Counted from the stretch's first letter, positions 9,251 to 18,918 are shown. The stretch is DNA of 32,000 nucleotides from Candidatus Paracaedimonas acanthamoebae (GCA_000743035.1 CP008936.1:660001-692000); one strand, 5' to 3'. Notes: a model not told the origin generated them from the letters alone. Program-made: numbers and translations.

Positions 9251-10681
9251 ATGTCAAGATTTGGGCGTAAAGACATACCAGAATTAGTTGATACAACGTC
9301 CCAAAAGGCTCCCATATTAAGCTCGGACCTTACGGGTCAGGAGAAAGGAACAAAACAAGGGTTTCATAGTTCTCAAGAAAATAACCATTATAAGACAAAA
9401 GTGGTTAATCAATCCCAAAATGTTTTTGTTTTTAAAGAAAAAGTTTTTGACCGCATTATCAAGCATATTGATTTAGTTGCGGCGGCAAAAATGCCGAGCT
9501 CAGAATTAAGGCATGAAATTGAGCATTATGTATTAGAATATTCAGAGGAACATCAAGCACAAGTAAGTCGAAAAGAACTTCAAGATATCATTAATGATAT
9601 TATGGATGATATGGTCGGATTAGGACCTCTTGAAATTTTGCTTAAAGATTCAACAATAAATGATATTCTTATAAACTCTTATAACCTTGTTTTTGTTGAA
9701 AGATTTGGAAAGCTCTTTAAGACAGATATTTCTTTTCGAGATGAAAAACATGTTTTGCAGATTGCGCAAAGAATTGCAAGTCAAGTCGGGCGCCGTATTG
9801 ACGAACTGAGTCCCATGGTTGATGCACGCTTACAAGATGGCAGCCGTGTCAATATTATTATTCCTCCTGTTTCTTTAGGAGGAGCATCCATATCTATCCG
9901 TAAATTTCAACAACAAAATATAAAATTAAAGGATTTAGTTCAGTATAATAGTCTTTCTTTAAAGATGGCTGAATTCTTGAAAGTAGCAGCAGAGGCTCGT
10001 CTCAATATTATTATTTCAGGTGGAACTGGAGCTGGAAAGACAACTTTGTTAAATGCATTATCTGGGCTTATAGATCCTTCAGAAAGAGTCATCTCAATTG
10101 AAGACTCAGCAGAATTAAAATTATTATTACCTCATGTTGTAAGATTAGAGAGCAGACCTTCAAACATGGAGGGAGCCGGTCTAGTTACAATTAGCGATCT
10201 TCTAAAAAATGCTTTACGAATGAGGCCAGATCGCCTTGTTATTGGCGAGTGTCGGGGAGCGGAGGCATTTGACATGTTGCAAGCTATGAACACCGGACAT
10301 AATGGTTCAATGTCAACTCTGCACTCTAATAATACAAGAGAGGCTCTTCATCGAATAGAAAATATGCTGCTTATGGCGGGTCATGACTTTCCTAATCAAG
10401 TTGTGAAAAGCTATATTGCTGATGCTATTGATTTAATAGTGCATGTCGCACGTATGAAAGATGGTGTGCGGCGAGTCACACAAATAAGTAGTGTTACAGG
10501 GCTTGAAGATAATAAGATTAATATTCAGGATATCTTTCTATTTAATAATGTAACAGAAGAAAAAGGAAAAATTAAAGGGAATTTTGAATTTCAAGATTTA
10601 CCAAAAATGCTATGCGAAAAAATAGAAAACCATGGTGCGGGCAATGCTTTAAATAACTTCTTAAAATTGGTCTCATCATGA
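9251..10681 (+). CDS. cpaF: CpaF/TadA secretion ATPase
   Basis: Walker A GGTGAGKTT, Walker B RPDRLVIGECRG and His box GHNGSMSTLHSN. The N-terminus carries a roughly 60 aa extension. Confidence 0.95.
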   Translation: MSRFGRKDIPELVDTTSQKAPILSSDLTGQEKGTKQGFHSSQENNHYKTKVVNQSQNVFVFKEKVFDRIIKHIDLVAAAKMPSSELRHEIEHYVLEYSEEHQAQVSRKELQDIINDIMDDMVGLGPLEILLKDSTINDILINSYNLVFVERFGKLFKTDISFRDEKHVLQIAQRIASQVGRRIDELSPMVDARLQDGSRVNIIIPPVSLGGASISIRKFQQQNIKLKDLVQYNSLSLKMAEFLKVAAEARLNIIISGGTGAGKTTLLNALSGLIDPSERVISIEDSAELKLLLPHVVRLESRPSNMEGAGLVTISDLLKNALRMRPDRLVIGECRGAEAFDMLQAMNTGHNGSMSTLHSNNTREALHRIENMLLMAGHDFPNQVVKSYIADAIDLIVHVARMKDGVRRVTQISSVTGLEDNKINIQDIFLFNNVTEEKGKIKGNFEFQDLPKMLCEKIENHGAGNALNNFLKLVSS

Positions 10682-11661
10682 GTCAAAATATCTTTTTTTA
10701 TACAAGTTTAATTTTATTTTTCATTATTCTAGGATTGGCGTATAGTATTAACCAACTCCTTGAAAAAAAATCTAATTTACAATCTCGTATTAATAAAGTT
10801 TTAGAAGGGAGAGATATCTCTTTTTTGAGCCAAGAGGGTTTTAAAAAAGTATCTACAAAGCAAACTCTTATAGAGAAGAAATTAAAACAATATCTTTTAC
10901 GGAATCCTAAAAAAGCAGAACAGTTTAATTTGTGGCTTCACCAAAGCGGACTCAAGCTAGAGATGCGAATATTAATAACCATTTTCTTACTGACATGGTG
11001 CATCACTTTTCTTGCTGTGAAATTTTTCATATCTCTCAATATCTTTCTTGCAATTATTGGAAGTTTCATAGGTCATCTTTTTTTATTTTATATATTTATA
11101 GAATATATGGTTTCAAGGCAAAGAACAAAAATCATTAATGAACTCGCGCATGCTGTAGATATTATTGCGAGAGGTATTAAAGCTGGTAGTACTATTGAAA
11201 AAACTTTCCCTGTTGTTATACGAGAAACAAAACCACCATTAAAAGAAGAGTTTATTCGTATGGTACATGAATTAGATTTTGGTATTCCTTTTGAAAAAGT
11301 TATCCATTCTGCAGCTCACAGAATTAATGTCCCTGATTTCTTTTTTTTCGCCAGCGCACTTATTATTCAACGGAGATCAGGGGGAGGATTATATGAAGTT
11401 TTAGAAAATATCGTGACGATGTTACATAAAACAAAAGAAATCAGAATGAAAATAAAAGTATTTTCAGCAGAAAGTAAAGGAAGTGCCGTTATTCTTACAT
11501 CTATTCCTTTTGTTGTCTGGGCTATTGTAATGAGAACAAATTCTAGCTATTTAGAGTTTTTTCTTCATGATCCTTTAGGGAAAAAGCTTCTAATTTTAGT
11601 ATTTGGGCTTGTGGCTGCGACTGTTATATCTGTTAAGAAAATCATAAAATTTGAGGTTTAA
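10678..11661 (+). CDS. tadB: TadB inner-membrane pilus assembly protein (T2SSF-like)
   Basis: ATGA overlap with cpaF. Polytopic membrane protein with a T2SSF-type cytoplasmic domain (DIIARGIKAGSTIEKTF...ALIIQRRSGGGL). Confidence 0.85.
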   Translation: MSQNIFFYTSLILFFIILGLAYSINQLLEKKSNLQSRINKVLEGRDISFLSQEGFKKVSTKQTLIEKKLKQYLLRNPKKAEQFNLWLHQSGLKLEMRILITIFLLTWCITFLAVKFFISLNIFLAIIGSFIGHLFLFYIFIEYMVSRQRTKIINELAHAVDIIARGIKAGSTIEKTFPVVIRETKPPLKEEFIRMVHELDFGIPFEKVIHSAAHRINVPDFFFFASALIIQRRSGGGLYEVLENIVTMLHKTKEIRMKIKVFSAESKGSAVILTSIPFVVWAIVMRTNSSYLEFFLHDPLGKKLLILVFGLVAATVISVKKIIKFEV

Positions 11662-11667
11662 ATTGAA

Positions 11668-12630
11668 ATGTTTGTGGATCTGATAAGCAATAATTTTAAT
11701 TTTATCCTTATAATAGCTATCCTTCTTATTACTTTAGTTCATTTTCTCACTAAAATGGCAGCATCAGAAGATGTAAAAGATCGGATTCAAAAAGTAAAAA
11801 ATTTTGAAATGTTTTCTAAAACTCAAGAAAACGGCAACGTATCGATTGGCAAGACAATAAAGTCTCAAAAAATTTCGGACGCAAGTTTTATCTTGGTATT
11901 AAGAACCAGGCTACATGGAACAATTGATGGTTATAAGTTGCGCTTAGAGCAAGCTGGCTGGAGCTCTGAGAATGGTTTCCTTATATACATTATTTCTAAT
12001 GCCAGCGGCTTTGTTATAGGAACATCATTATATTTCTTTTTAATTTTCTCAGTTCCAAAAATACATGAGCAAAGCTGGATAATTAAACTGGCTATTTTCA
12101 TGTTATTTCTATTTATCTGCATACGTTTTTTTGAATATTTACTCGATTATACTATTGCGAGACGTTATGTGAGGATCAAGAAACATTTGACTTTTGTTGT
12201 CGATCTTTTAGGAATTTGTGTGCGTGCAGGTTTAACAATTGACGGGGCTTTAGAAAAAATAGCAGAAGAAATTGCGACAATTAACCCTGACTTATGCAAA
12301 GAGCTTACTCAAGTCTCGATTGAGCTGGATCTTATCCCTGATCGTCATATTGCTTTTCGTAACTTAGCGCGCCGTGTTGATATTCCCTTGGTTCATATCC
12401 TTATCTCGAGTATCATTCAAGCTGAAGAGCAGGGGGCTTCTATTGGCAATACGCTTACTGTTCTCTCACAAGAATTTACAAAACATAAAATTTTAGAAAT
12501 AGAAGCAAAGGCTGCTCGTCTTCCTGTTTTATTAGCTTTGCCTTTGGCGCTTTTCAGTTTTCCATGTTTGCTCATTATTTTATTAGGGCCAGCTATTGTA
12601 AATATCAGCCGATCTGCTATGTTTCAGTGA
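11668..12630 (+). CDS. tadC: TadC inner-membrane pilus assembly protein (T2SSF-like)
   Basis: Paralogous T2SSF domain (LLGICVRAGLTIDGALEKIAEE...IIQAEEQGASIGNTL). The gene follows tadB. Confidence 0.85.
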   Translation: MFVDLISNNFNFILIIAILLITLVHFLTKMAASEDVKDRIQKVKNFEMFSKTQENGNVSIGKTIKSQKISDASFILVLRTRLHGTIDGYKLRLEQAGWSSENGFLIYIISNASGFVIGTSLYFFLIFSVPKIHEQSWIIKLAIFMLFLFICIRFFEYLLDYTIARRYVRIKKHLTFVVDLLGICVRAGLTIDGALEKIAEEIATINPDLCKELTQVSIELDLIPDRHIAFRNLARRVDIPLVHILISSIIQAEEQGASIGNTLTVLSQEFTKHKILEIEAKAARLPVLLALPLALFSFPCLLIILLGPAIVNISRSAMFQ

Positions 12631-13109
12631 TGAAACAGGCAAGAATTCCTTCGGTTCAATTTATTGCTAAACTTTTACCAAAACTTGTCAAAGCAAGTTT
12701 TGAGAAGAAAGGATTTATTCAGGCTAAAATTCTGCTGGAATGGGGTAAAATTGTTGGACAGGAAATGAGCGAAAAATGCATCCCTGAAAAATTAGTTTTT
12801 CCCAAAGAGAAAAAGATAGACGGGACACTTTACCTGAATGTAGAAATATCTGCGGGTCTTTTAATTGAGTATGGGGCTCCTTTAATTATAGATAAAATAA
12901 ATAGTTACTTTGGCTACCAAGCTGTTACTCGACTTAAACTTAAACAGGTTCTTTATAAGAAGGACTCTGTCCCCTTTTTAAGCAAAGAAGTTCTTAAGGA
13001 TACTTCTTTAACCCCTGAAGAACTCAATCATTTGAATCAAATACCTTCTCATGAGTTAAGAGAAGCTCTAAAAAGCTATTTAATACAATATAAAAAAAGT
13101 GCTTTTTGA
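12630..13109 (+). CDS. DUF721 (DciA-family) protein
   Basis: The ATG overlaps the tadC stop (TGATGA). The pattern KGFIQAKILLEWGKIVGQEMSEKCIPEKL...DGTLYLNVEISAGLLIEYGAPLIIDKINSYFGYQAVTRLKLKQ matches the alphaproteobacterial DUF721 layout. Confidence 0.65.
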   Translation: MKQARIPSVQFIAKLLPKLVKASFEKKGFIQAKILLEWGKIVGQEMSEKCIPEKLVFPKEKKIDGTLYLNVEISAGLLIEYGAPLIIDKINSYFGYQAVTRLKLKQVLYKKDSVPFLSKEVLKDTSLTPEELNHLNQIPSHELREALKSYLIQYKKSAF

Positions 13110-13237
13110 ATGAGTTAAATTTTGCGTAACTATAAAGTAGTTCAGTAAGTTGATGCAGGAGAAGAATTTAAACTATTTTAAAAAACTCTTAAATAGACAT
13201 ATTAGAAGGTCATTGGTGGTTTAAAAAGAGTAGTATC

Positions 13238-13806
13238 ATGGAAAAAATCCATATCGTTTCAGGGGCAAGTGGAAGCAGAAAAACATCTATATACCTTCTT
13301 TAAGAGAAATATTAGGCGCTTTTTTTTCTTTATATGATTTTGATGACATAGGTGTGCCTAAGGATCCAGATAAGAGATGGCGCCAAAAATCGACAGAACA
13401 GTGGTTGCAAAAAATTCTGCAAGAAAGAAACACAACTTGTTTACTAGGGCAAGTAGTTTTAGGCGAGGTTCTATCTCGTCCTGCTGCAAAATATATTGAC
13501 AGAGTTAAATTCTGTTTGCTGGACGTGTTTGACTATAAGCGGATCTTAAGGCTAAAGAAGCGTAATACCTACGGAGTAGATCAGCACATGCTTAATTAGG
13601 CTGCTTGGATTTGAATGCATTTATTTGATCCTCAATGGAGTGCAACATGTAATCAAGGGTGAATGTTGGGATGGTTTGGGTTTTACTCAATGAGATCAAT
13701 TGGATAATTGGAATTTTCTTGCAAATATAAAGCTTCTAGATACAACTAACGTGCCTATAATAAATGTTTCCGAAAATGTTGCTCGTTGGATTTTAGAAAT
13801 AAGTTA
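13238..13806 (+). pseudogene. decayed P-loop NTPase/kinase-like gene
   Basis: MEKIHIVSGASGSRKTS carries a degenerate Walker A (GSGKT changed to GSRKT) and stops after 21 codons. The reading continues in the -1 frame (IPSLREILGAFFSLYDFDDIGVPKDPDKRWRQKSTEQWL...), which is the 81-aa ORF at 13354-13599. Beyond that there are several in-frame TAG/TGA/TAA stops. A final shifted segment reads LDTTNVPIINVSENVARWILEIS*. Confidence 0.55.
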
Positions 13807-14018
13807 ATAGGGCCTGCTGCACAACTCTTCTATATCTAGTATAACTAGAAATTTAAAAATTACTCTTTAAATTTATCAAATTGGTTAAAGCTATTTGGAT
13901 GTATAAACAAGGTATGCTATGAGAAAGTGTGTCACATCATTTTTATTATCGTTAAAGTGCTTAAATGATTTCAAATAAAGGATTACAAGCTTCTTTCCAG
14001 GAGTTTCAAGGAGAAGAT

Positions 14019-16199
14019 ATGAACGAGCAGCATCTCGATGACCTTAATGAGGCGCAACGCATTGCTGTTGAAACCATAGATGGGCCAGTGTTGGTTTTAG
14101 CTGGCGCTGGAACAGGAAAAACGCGCGTGTTAACGACGCGAATTGCTCATATTTTATTGCATCGCTATGCTTGGCCTTCTCAAGTGCTTGCTGTGACCTT
14201 TACAAATAAAGCATCTCAAGAAATGAAAGAGCGTATTAGCCGTCTTATAGGGCACTCAGCTGAGGGTTTATGGTTAGGAACATTTCATTCTTTGTGTGTT
14301 CGTATTCTTCGCCATCACTCTGAACTTATTGGTCTTAAATCTAATTTTACAATTTTAGATACAGATGATCAGCTTCGCTTGATTAAACAGCTGTTGAAAG
14401 CTGAGGAGCTAGATGACAAGCGTTATCCACCTCGGCAGGTGTTAGGTTGTATCGGACGTTGGAAAGATAGGGGATTGTTGCCTGAAAAAGTAACAGCTGC
14501 TCAAATGAGCAAATCCGGCTATGTAGGGGATGAGAATACACTCAAAATTTATAAAGACTATCAACAGCGTCTTCAAATCCTGAATGCGGTAGATTTTGGC
14601 GATTTGCTGCTTTTGGCGGTCACTCTATTCACAACGCATCCGAGTATTCTTAAAACATATCAAGATCAGTTCAAATATATCCTTGTGGATGAGTATCAAG
14701 ATACTAATATTGTTCAATATTTATGGCTTCGACTTTTAGCTATGGGGAATCAAAACAATCTCTGCTGTGTCGGAGATGATGATCAATCAATCTACGGTTG
14801 GCGTGGTGCTGAGATAGGAAATATCTTAAAGTTTGAAGAGGATTTTCCTGGTGCTAAGATTATCCGTCTTGAAGAGAATTATCGTTCTACTCCCCAAATT
14901 TTAGGGGTTGCTTCGACTCTCATTGCTCATAATAGTAGTCGTTTAGGAAAAACACTTCGTACACAACGGGATGTGGGAGATCCTGTTCAGGTCCGAGGAG
15001 TTTGGGATGGCGAAGAAGAGGCTCGTTTTGTAGGGGAAGAAATCGAAAATTTTCATCGAAAAGGTGAGACCTTATCCTCTATGGCAATTCTTGTCCGTGC
15101 TAGTTTTCAAATGCGCGAGTTTGAGGATCGGCTTATTACATTAGGGGTTCCGTACCGTGTCATTGGAGGGCCACGTTTTTATGAGCGCCAAGAAATACGT
15201 GATGCGCTTGCCTATTTGCGTGTGGTGATGCAGCCGAATGATAGCCTTGCTTTTGAGCGTATTATTAATACGCCTAGAAGAGGGATAGGAAATTCAACCC
15301 TACAAACCTTACATGCATATGCTAGAATAAATCTCATTTCTTTAGTTGAAGCCACACGTATTCTTCTAGAAACAGACGAGCTGAGAGGACAGGCTAAAGC
15401 AGCTTTAAATTCTCTTCTATTGGATTTTGATCGATGGCGCAGCATGTTAGAGAAAGTTCCTCCTAAAGAATTAACAGGTATTATCCTTGATGAATCAGGG
15501 TATACAGCAATGTGGCTTGAGGACAAATCTCCTGATGCACCAGGGCGTCTTGAAAACTTAAAAGAGCTCGCTGCGGCTGTGGGACAATTTGAAAACATAG
15601 CTTCTTTCCTAGAACATGTTAGCCTAATTATGGAAAATAGTGTAATCTCCCAAGGCGATATGGTGAGCCTTATGACACTTCATGCGGCTAAAGGGCTAGA
15701 ATTTAATACTGTCTTTTTAGCTGGATGGGAGGAGGGGGTTTTTCCTAACCCGCGGGCATTGACGGAAGCTGGTGAAGGTGGCCTAGAAGAAGAAAGGCGC
15801 TTAGCTTATGTGGGACTCACTCGGGCAAAAAAACGTGCAATTATTACTTTTGCAGTAAATCGGCGCCTTCCAGGCGAATGGCAAAGTTCAATGCCTTCTC
15901 GCTTCATTGATGAGCTTGCACGTGAACATGTAGAGTTTATCAATCAACCAGGAATTTTTGGTCGTAGAAGGGGGGTGTGGGAAGAAACTGTTGCTCTACA
16001 AGAACGTCCTCATTCAGGTCTTCTTTACGACCAATTGGCGCTAAAAACCACTACATCGCTATTTTCTTTAGGAGACCGCGTTTTCCATATTAAATTTGGT
16101 TATGGACGCGTCACAGAAATCAGTGGTGATAAGTTAGATGTTCATTTTGAACATACTGGTCCCAAGAAGGTCATGGCTTCTTTCGTTGTTCGTAAATAG
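14019..16199 (+). CDS. uvrD: ATP-dependent DNA helicase UvrD/PcrA family
   Basis: AGAGTGKT Walker A, VDEYQDTN, VGDDDQSIYGWRGA, TLHAAKGLEF and RLAYVGLTRAK motifs. The RBS AAGGAG precedes the ATG at 14019; the ORF is open from 13965. Confidence 0.95.
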   Translation: MNEQHLDDLNEAQRIAVETIDGPVLVLAGAGTGKTRVLTTRIAHILLHRYAWPSQVLAVTFTNKASQEMKERISRLIGHSAEGLWLGTFHSLCVRILRHHSELIGLKSNFTILDTDDQLRLIKQLLKAEELDDKRYPPRQVLGCIGRWKDRGLLPEKVTAAQMSKSGYVGDENTLKIYKDYQQRLQILNAVDFGDLLLLAVTLFTTHPSILKTYQDQFKYILVDEYQDTNIVQYLWLRLLAMGNQNNLCCVGDDDQSIYGWRGAEIGNILKFEEDFPGAKIIRLEENYRSTPQILGVASTLIAHNSSRLGKTLRTQRDVGDPVQVRGVWDGEEEARFVGEEIENFHRKGETLSSMAILVRASFQMREFEDRLITLGVPYRVIGGPRFYERQEIRDALAYLRVVMQPNDSLAFERIINTPRRGIGNSTLQTLHAYARINLISLVEATRILLETDELRGQAKAALNSLLLDFDRWRSMLEKVPPKELTGIILDESGYTAMWLEDKSPDAPGRLENLKELAAAVGQFENIASFLEHVSLIMENSVISQGDMVSLMTLHAAKGLEFNTVFLAGWEEGVFPNPRALTEAGEGGLEEERRLAYVGLTRAKKRAIITFAVNRRLPGEWQSSMPSRFIDELAREHVEFINQPGIFGRRRGVWEETVALQERPHSGLLYDQLALKTTTSLFSLGDRVFHIKFGYGRVTEISGDKLDVHFEHTGPKKVMASFVVRK

Positions 16200-16218
16200 A
16201 TTTAATGAGAAGTAAGAA

Positions 16219-17094
16219 ATGCTTTATAAACTTGAATTCTACTGTCATAAAACGCACATTTCCTTATTTGAAGAGATTTTAGGAGAGGAACACATTGGCG
16301 TATCTACTTTTGAGCAAAAGGGGAACCCAGATCAATGGAATATAGAAGCCTTATTTGATTTTAGCCCAAATTTACAAGTCTTAAACTATCTCTTTAAAGA
16401 AGAAGCAGAAAAACAAGGGATAGAGGCACCCTATTTAAGTTTGTCATTGGTGCCAGAGATTGATTGGCTCTCAGAAAATCGCAAGGCATTTCCACCACTG
16501 ACAATTGGGGATTTTTATGTTTACGGATCTCACCATGAAGGGTCTATTCCACAAGACAAAATTTCTTTTAAAATCGATGCAGCGACTGCTTTTGGCACTG
16601 GGCAGCATGCCACAACTCAAGGATGTCTTTTAGCATTAGAAAAACTTAAACAAGAAGAGTATGCGCCCCTTAATCCTTTGGATCTAGGTTGTGGGACGGG
16701 CATCCTTGGAATGGCAATAGCTCGTTTATTCAACATAAATGTGGTCATGTCTGATTGCGATATAGAAGCCGTTGAGAAAGCAACTTTTAATGTTGTTGAA
16801 AATGACCTCAGTCCTAAAGTAACTTGTTACTTATCAGGAGGGTTTCAATCTGAGACTCTTAAAAGTAAAGCACCTTACGATCTTGTGACTGCCAATATCC
16901 TTGCAGATCCTCTGATTCAATTGGCACCAGAGATGTATCAATATGTAAATAAAGGTGGGATAGTTATTTTATCTGGACTTCTTGCAACACAAGCTGAGGC
17001 TGTCAGGGAAGCTTATCAAACCTTTTCTTTCAAAGAAATAGACCGTTATCCAATTGATGAATGGATGACATTGGTTTTGATGAAAACGCAATGA
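16219..17094 (+). CDS. prmA: ribosomal protein L11 methyltransferase
   Basis: PrmA layout with IDAATAFGTGQHATTQ and the SAM motif LDLGCGTGILG. Confidence 0.9.
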   Translation: MLYKLEFYCHKTHISLFEEILGEEHIGVSTFEQKGNPDQWNIEALFDFSPNLQVLNYLFKEEAEKQGIEAPYLSLSLVPEIDWLSENRKAFPPLTIGDFYVYGSHHEGSIPQDKISFKIDAATAFGTGQHATTQGCLLALEKLKQEEYAPLNPLDLGCGTGILGMAIARLFNINVVMSDCDIEAVEKATFNVVENDLSPKVTCYLSGGFQSETLKSKAPYDLVTANILADPLIQLAPEMYQYVNKGGIVILSGLLATQAEAVREAYQTFSFKEIDRYPIDEWMTLVLMKTQ

Positions 17095-17505
17095 TTACAC
17101 GACTAAATCACATTAACTTGTCCGTTAAAGATTTAGAAGTATCCTTTTCTTTTTATAAAGACGTGTTAGGATTTAAACCACACGTAAAGTGTGGCAGAAG
17201 GTGCTTACTTTGAGGTTAGAGCTTTATGGTTTTGTTTATTTCTTGATCCTAAAACAAGAGTTGTACCTTTGCGGGAGTATACTCACATAGCCTTCAATGT
17301 TAGCCAAGAACACTTTGGAAATGTTGCAGAACAAATTAAGGTTTCTGGAGCCGTCATTTGGAAAGAAAATAAATCTGAAGGAGACTCTCTTTACTTCCTT
17401 GACCCTAACGGGCGCAAGCTTGAGTTACATGTTGGAAATATTGAGACAAGAATAAAAAAGAAAGAAAATCTAGGTAATTGGGAGAATGTAGAGTGGTTTA
17501 GTTGA
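17091..17505 (+). pseudogene. FosA-like (VOC/glyoxalase superfamily) thiol transferase gene with a 1-nt frameshift
   Basis: The ATG at 17091 (ATGA overlap with prmA) gives MITRLNHINLSVKDLEVSFSFYKDVLGFKPHVK and then runs into a stop at 17211-17213. The +1 frame from 17191 continues AEGAYFEVRALWFCLFLD...YTHIAFNV...NKSEGDSLYFLDPNGRKLELHVG. The joined protein (about 138 aa) is collinear with FosA. An extra T in AAGTG[T]GGCA explains the shift. Confidence 0.75.
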
Positions 17506-17581
17506 GAATACCTTATATTCAATTTTTCTTGCAAATATAAATTTAAATTGTTTTTAGATTAAATAAATTATACAAAGCATC

Positions 17582-17663
17582 AACACCAGGGGTGCAAGCT
17601 TCAATAAAGTTTGCTGAGAAAAACCCTTATAACCTGTTCAGGATAATGCCTGCGAAGGGAGAG
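17582..17663 (+). ncRNA. TPP (THI-box) riboswitch
   Basis: CAGGGGTGC...GCTGAGAAAAACCCTTATAACCTGTTCAGGATAATGCCTGCGAAGGGAGAG matches the conserved THI-element core (GGGGUGC, CUGAGA, ACCUG-N-CAGGAUAAUGCC-GCG-AGGGA). Its 3' end overlaps the RBS of the downstream ORF. Confidence 0.85.
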
Positions 17664-17667
17664 TGAA

Positions 17668-18918
17668 ATGAAATTCAAATCAACTGCACAATCATCATTT
17701 TTAAAAAATAAAGTATTTTTATCGACTGTTGTTGGCAATAGTCTTGATCATTATGATACAGCTTTATATGGTTTTTTAGCGCCTTACATCGCTCCTCTTT
17801 TTTTTCCTAATAATGATCCTGTAGTGGCTCTGATTTATGCATATAGCCTCATATCTGCTTCAATCCTGACTCGCCCATTGGGAGCCTTATTTTTTGGAAA
17901 ATTTAGTGGTGAGAAAGGTGGGAGGCAAGCTTTTATCCTTTCATTATGGGGTGTTGCTTTAACAACTGGGGCAATGGGGATTCTTCCTTCTTATGATAAG
18001 ATTGGTCTGTTTGCGCCGTTAATTCTTGTATTTCTAAGGGCAGGACAAGGTTTTTTTGCTGCTGGTGAATCAACCGTGGCTCCTTTGCTTATGTTAAAGA
18101 ATGTCCCGATTATAGTTCAAGGCCAGGCAAATGGGATTTATCAAAGCTCAACAGTCGCAGGGATTCTTTTGGCTTCCCTAGCGGCAACTCTAGTTTCCTT
18201 CTCAAATAATTCTGATTTATATTGGAGATTTCCATTCTTCTTAAGCTTTTTAACTGGGCTTGCTGGTCTTTATCTCAGGTATCAAATCAATCAAAATATT
18301 TTTGAAGGAAAATTTACTACTCTCCATTCTTTAAAAGTAGTCATAACATTAATAGAACGTAAAAAAGATTTATTAAGAATTATCGCTGTTTCAAGCCTAA
18401 GTTATGTGACGTATGCAATCCCTTTTGTCTTTATGAATGTCTTTATTGTCCAAGTAACAGGATTAACTCTTAGCGAAACATTAGGATTTAATACAGTATT
18501 GTTGGCTTTAGATATGTGTCTTTTGCCATTATTTGGAAAGCTCTCTGATATTATGGGTATCCGAAGACAGATGACGCTTATGGCTTTACTTCTTGCTACT
18601 ACAGCCATTCCACTCTTTGCAATCATCCCTTTTGGCAATGTATTGAGTATTGGATTAATGCGGGTGTGGATTGTTCTTTGTGGGCTTGGCTTTTCTGCTC
18701 CATTGCATGCTTGGTTTACTCAAGCATTTAAAGGCCGAGAAGCTTATCTGTTGACAGGAGTGGGATATGCGCTTGGGTCTGAGTTATTTGGTCGTTCAAC
18801 CCCAGCAATTTGTCTCTCGCTTTGGCATTTAACCAACTGGGCTATAGCCCCTGCTTTTTATATTATTACGATAAGTATTGCTGCAATTCTCGCGCTCCAC
18901 GTAACTCTTTCAAAATAA
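17668..18918 (+). CDS. MFS transporter, metabolite:H+ symporter (MHS)-like; candidate thiamine or thiamine-precursor transporter
   Basis: Twelve-TM-like protein with an MHS-type N-terminus (GNSLDHYDTALYGFLAPYIAPLFFP). The functional prediction rests on the TPP riboswitch directly upstream. Confidence 0.8.
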   Translation: MKFKSTAQSSFLKNKVFLSTVVGNSLDHYDTALYGFLAPYIAPLFFPNNDPVVALIYAYSLISASILTRPLGALFFGKFSGEKGGRQAFILSLWGVALTTGAMGILPSYDKIGLFAPLILVFLRAGQGFFAAGESTVAPLLMLKNVPIIVQGQANGIYQSSTVAGILLASLAATLVSFSNNSDLYWRFPFFLSFLTGLAGLYLRYQINQNIFEGKFTTLHSLKVVITLIERKKDLLRIIAVSSLSYVTYAIPFVFMNVFIVQVTGLTLSETLGFNTVLLALDMCLLPLFGKLSDIMGIRRQMTLMALLLATTAIPLFAIIPFGNVLSIGLMRVWIVLCGLGFSAPLHAWFTQAFKGREAYLLTGVGYALGSELFGRSTPAICLSLWHLTNWAIAPAFYIITISIAAILALHVTLSK

